This document shows, in pieces, positions 61,041 through 64,000 of a DNA stretch of 64,000 bases. The position numbers and the translations under genes were made by a program. The DNA is from an uncultured Rikenellaceae bacterium (GTDB lineage Bacteria; Bacteroidota; Bacteroidia; Bacteroidales; VadinHA17). The DNA is taken from assembly GCA_964639725.1 (NCBI GenBank), contig CAZXFB010000018.1:6054-70053 (forward strand), written 5' to 3'. The notes under the pieces are model-generated. The model did no database searches. It worked only from the letters and a program-made list of their open reading frames with translations, and had not been told where the DNA came from. Positions within the stretch are counted from its first letter, which is position 1. The number at the start of each line of letters is the position of its first letter.

Positions 61041-61191
61041 CCCCTCACCTATTTTAATAGTATGAATTAATTCCATTTCAGTTATTATTCTTTCCAGATA
61101 CTCATTTAAAATAAAATTATGAATTTAATCAAATCACAAGAAGAACTCAGTAAAGTCCTGGTAAATGAATCTATTTAAATGATTCCAGATT

Positions 61192-61199
61192 TAAATTTG
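61192..61199 (+). promoter_or_regulatory. Bacteroidota-type -7 box (TAAATTTG)
   Basis: Exact TAnnTTTG match ending 27 nt upstream of the 61226 start. Confidence 0.45.
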
Positions 61200-61225
61200 A
61201 AAAATTAATTCCTGAAAGATCAGAA

Positions 61226-61933
61226 ATGGAAAAATTTCAATGTATTAAACCATTATCCAGAATCATAACAATCTTTGTAATTATGATTCTTATTTCCGGC
61301 ATTATAAATGCTCAACAAAAGATAAGTTTCGGATTACATGCAGATCCTGTAATAAGCTGGTTTTCAAGTGATATAAATGAGGTAGAAAACAATGGAGCAA
61401 GGCCCGGGTTCAGTTTTGGGCTCACTTTCAACAAGTTCTTCAGTCCTAACTATTCTTTTTCAACGGGCATAAGTATCATAAATGCAGGAGGCAGATTGGT
61501 AAACACACAAACTACTGATCTGCAACTTGGGAAGAAGGAATATAAACTCGCCACAGTACCTGCTGGAAAATCAGTTGTATATAAGATCCAGTACCTTACT
61601 GTTCCACTCGGTCTTAAACTTCAGACAAATCAGATCGGATATATTACTTTTTTCTCCGATATAGGTCTCGATCCTAAAGTAGTTATCGGGGGAAAAGCTG
61701 ATATCCCTTATCTAAATATTGAGGGAGAACCTGCTTTGAGAGAATTAAAAGCCTTAAATCTTTCTTACCATATAACAGGAGGAATAGAGTATTCCCTTGG
61801 AGGAAATACTGCATTGATACTAGGGTTGAATTTTGATAATAACTTCCTTGATATAACAAAGGAAACCGGTGATCAACCAAAAGATAAGGTATCACACAAA
61901 TTATTATCATTCAGGATAGGGGTTAACTTTTAA
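61226..61933 (+). CDS. Outer-membrane beta-barrel (porin-family) protein
   Basis: Signal peptide, alternating amphipathic strands, C-terminal ...FRIGVNF. Confidence 0.7.
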   Translation: MEKFQCIKPLSRIITIFVIMILISGIINAQQKISFGLHADPVISWFSSDINEVENNGARPGFSFGLTFNKFFSPNYSFSTGISIINAGGRLVNTQTTDLQLGKKEYKLATVPAGKSVVYKIQYLTVPLGLKLQTNQIGYITFFSDIGLDPKVVIGGKADIPYLNIEGEPALRELKALNLSYHITGGIEYSLGGNTALILGLNFDNNFLDITKETGDQPKDKVSHKLLSFRIGVNF

Positions 61934-61944
61934 ACTGATTATTG

Positions 61945-63597
61945 ATGAAGATCACTCTTGCCCAGCTAAACTACCACATTGGAAACTTTGAGAAAAACAG
62001 GACTCTGATCTGCAATGCAATCAAGAAAGCAAAAAGTGCCGGATCTGATCTGGTTATTTTCTCTGAACTCTGCATCCCTGGGTACCCTCCTCTTGATCTT
62101 CTCGACAGACTCGACTTCATTGAGAAATGTAACAGTAGTGTTCTGGAAATTGCAAGTGAGTGTAAAGGAATAGCTGCTATTATTGGTGCACCAACAATAA
62201 ACCAGGGTTCTGAAGGGAAGAAGCTGTTTAATTCTGCTCTCATTCTGTCGGAGGGAAAGATAATCTTCACGGCAAACAAAGCTCTTCTACCCACATACGA
62301 TATTTTTGACGAATACCGCCATTTTGAACCTGAAAAAAAATTCTCCACTTTTACGTTTAAAGGATTGAAACTGGCTCTCACCGTCTGCGAGGATCTGTGG
62401 GATGAGCAACCATTCGATAACGACTTTGAGAAGTCGAGACTCTACACACTCTCACCTATGGAAGAGCTCGCAAAACAGGATCCCGATTTAATCATAAATA
62501 TCTCAGCATCTCCTTTTTCATATACAAAAATCGAAGCAAAACATAATATCTTCAGGGGAAAGGCACTTAAATATAATATCCCGGTGATATCAGTAAATCA
62601 GACAGGTGCAAATACTGAACTTATATTTGAAGGTGCATCAAGAATAATAAATAATAATGGGGAATTATTCCGTCAGCTGCCATTCTTTGAAGAAGCTGTT
62701 GAAACATTTTCCACAGATGAAATCTTTTCAGGAGCCATTGCAGAAAAGGGAAGAGTTACTGAGACCATATCTCTGATTCATAAAGCATTGGTGACAGGGG
62801 TTCGTGACTATTTTAAGAAAATGAATTTCAGAAACTGCATAGTAGGCCTCTCCGGAGGGATTGACTCTGCAGTTTGCCTTGCTATTGCCTCTGAAGCTCT
62901 GGGCAATGATAATGTAAGAGCATTGCTGATGCCTTCCCGTTACTCATCGGATCACTCAGTAACAGATGCTATATCACTTGCAAAAAATCTTAATTGCAGT
63001 TTTGATATTATAAATATTGAAAAACCTTTCCATGCATTTGAACATGAGCTTGAACCAATATTTAAAGGAATGAAACCTGATGTTACAGAAGAAAATATTC
63101 AGGCACGCATTAGAGCATTATTGCTTATGGCACTATCCAACAAATATGGTTGCATATTGCTGAATACTTCAAATAAAAGTGAGGCAGCTGTGGGTTACGG
63201 GACTCTTTACGGGGATATGGCAGGCGGACTCTCTGTTATCGGAGATGTTTATAAGACTGATATCTACAGGCTGGCAAATTATATCAACAGGGATAAAGAG
63301 ATCATTCCTGAAAATACAATAAATAAATTACCTTCAGCTGAACTTAGACCCGACCAGCTTGATACAGATTCTCTGCCTGAGTACAGTACGCTTGATGCAA
63401 TTCTATACCAGTATATTGACTTGCAAAAACCTGCTGAACGGATCATAAATGAAGGTTTTGACGAATCTACTGTTAACAGAGTCATAAGAATGATTAATTC
63501 CAATGAATACAAGAGGTATCAGGCTCCACCTGTCTTAAGAATTTCATCCAAGGCATTTGGTGCAGGAAGAAGAATGCCCCTTGTAGCAACTTACTGA
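61945..63597 (+). CDS. nadE: Glutamine-dependent NAD+ synthetase
   Basis: N-terminal nitrilase/CN-hydrolase domain (FSELCIPGYPP, LTVCEDLW) plus a C-terminal NAD synthetase domain (GLSGGIDSAV, SNKSE). ATG at 61945 preferred over TTG at 61942. Confidence 0.92.
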   Translation: MKITLAQLNYHIGNFEKNRTLICNAIKKAKSAGSDLVIFSELCIPGYPPLDLLDRLDFIEKCNSSVLEIASECKGIAAIIGAPTINQGSEGKKLFNSALILSEGKIIFTANKALLPTYDIFDEYRHFEPEKKFSTFTFKGLKLALTVCEDLWDEQPFDNDFEKSRLYTLSPMEELAKQDPDLIINISASPFSYTKIEAKHNIFRGKALKYNIPVISVNQTGANTELIFEGASRIINNNGELFRQLPFFEEAVETFSTDEIFSGAIAEKGRVTETISLIHKALVTGVRDYFKKMNFRNCIVGLSGGIDSAVCLAIASEALGNDNVRALLMPSRYSSDHSVTDAISLAKNLNCSFDIINIEKPFHAFEHELEPIFKGMKPDVTEENIQARIRALLLMALSNKYGCILLNTSNKSEAAVGYGTLYGDMAGGLSVIGDVYKTDIYRLANYINRDKEIIPENTINKLPSAELRPDQLDTDSLPEYSTLDAILYQYIDLQKPAERIINEGFDESTVNRVIRMINSNEYKRYQAPPVLRISSKAFGAGRRMPLVATY

Positions 63598-63708
63598 TAA
63601 TCTACCCTGGCAGGAACTGCTTATACTTTTGAGTTCAGAAAGTCAATCGATTGTGATAAATTATTAAATCTAAACTTTACTATGTGGACCATATTACCAG
63701 CCAATTAT

Positions 63709-64000
63709 TTATTCCCTGAAGAATACTCTTTTAACTCGTCCCGGGATTGATGTAAGTATCTCATAAGGAATGGTTCCGCATTTAATTGCAATTTCGGCGA
63801 TGGTTATGTTTTCACCAAAAATTTCACCTTCATCTCCTTGCTCAGCATTAATTCCTGTTATATCTGTCATACACATATCCATGCATATGTTTCCTATAAT
63901 AGGAACCCGCTTATCTTTAATATAAAGTTGCCCGTTTCTGTTTCCAAGCTTCCTGTTAAGTCCGTCTGCATAACCAACAGGCAGAACAGCAATGACTCTA
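63709..64000 (-). CDS. alr: Alanine racemase, C-terminal fragment (5' end beyond the window)
   Basis: Hand translation of the minus strand gives ...VIAVLPVGYADGLNRKLGNRNGQLYIKDKRVPIIGNICMDMCMTDITG...GTIPYEILTSIPGRVKRVFFRE*. Confidence 0.85.
   Translation of the reverse strand, partial: RVIAVLPVGYADGLNRKLGNRNGQLYIKDKRVPIIGNICMDMCMTDITGINAEQGDEGEIFGENITIAEIAIKCGTIPYEILTSIPGRVKRVFFRE

Overview
This 64-kb window looks like a chromosomal segment from a low-GC Bacteroidota genome. Exact TAnnTTTG -7 promoter boxes sit in front of several genes, there is no obvious Shine-Dalgarno usage, and lineage-typical proteins are present (GldB-like, DUF1573, GWxTD, TPR/SPOR, DUF4369-TlpA, M64). I support about 56 protein genes and one tRNA-Ser(GCT). 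Most are housekeeping: recA, uvrA, smpB, miaA, rlmB, rlmD, nadE, lpd, clpS, bcp, meaB, an ABC-F ATPase, a LOG-family protein, and an alr 3' fragment at the right edge. There are also two OmpR-type two-component systems, two ECF sigma modules, a Zn/Mn-type ABC importer, tandem M14 peptidase paralogues, and a 55-aa ferredoxin that is missing from the ORF track. By eye I saw no CRISPR array, rRNA, integrase, transposase or reverse transcriptase. The best candidate for an undescribed system is a tightly coupled two-gene cassette at 9828..12941 (minus strand). It encodes a stand-alone PP2C/SpoIIE phosphatase followed by a 761-aa ABC/AAA_15-type ATPase. The ATPase has a roughly 200-aa coiled-coil insertion and an uncharacterised, possibly degenerate Toprim-like, C-terminal module. 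The cassette lies between rlmD and tRNA-Ser, next to a 470-nt ORF-free stretch, and is bracketed by a 19/20-nt direct repeat. Secondary observations: an active plus pseudo-enzyme M14 pair with swapped zinc ligands; a thioredoxin-fold protein with WFNPC in place of WCGPC ahead of an ECF sigma operon; a small secreted protein with two Cys-containing EF-hand-like loops; a 137-nt nested palindromic element; and several long ORF-free intergenic regions. All functional calls rest on motif recognition by eye. No database search was run.
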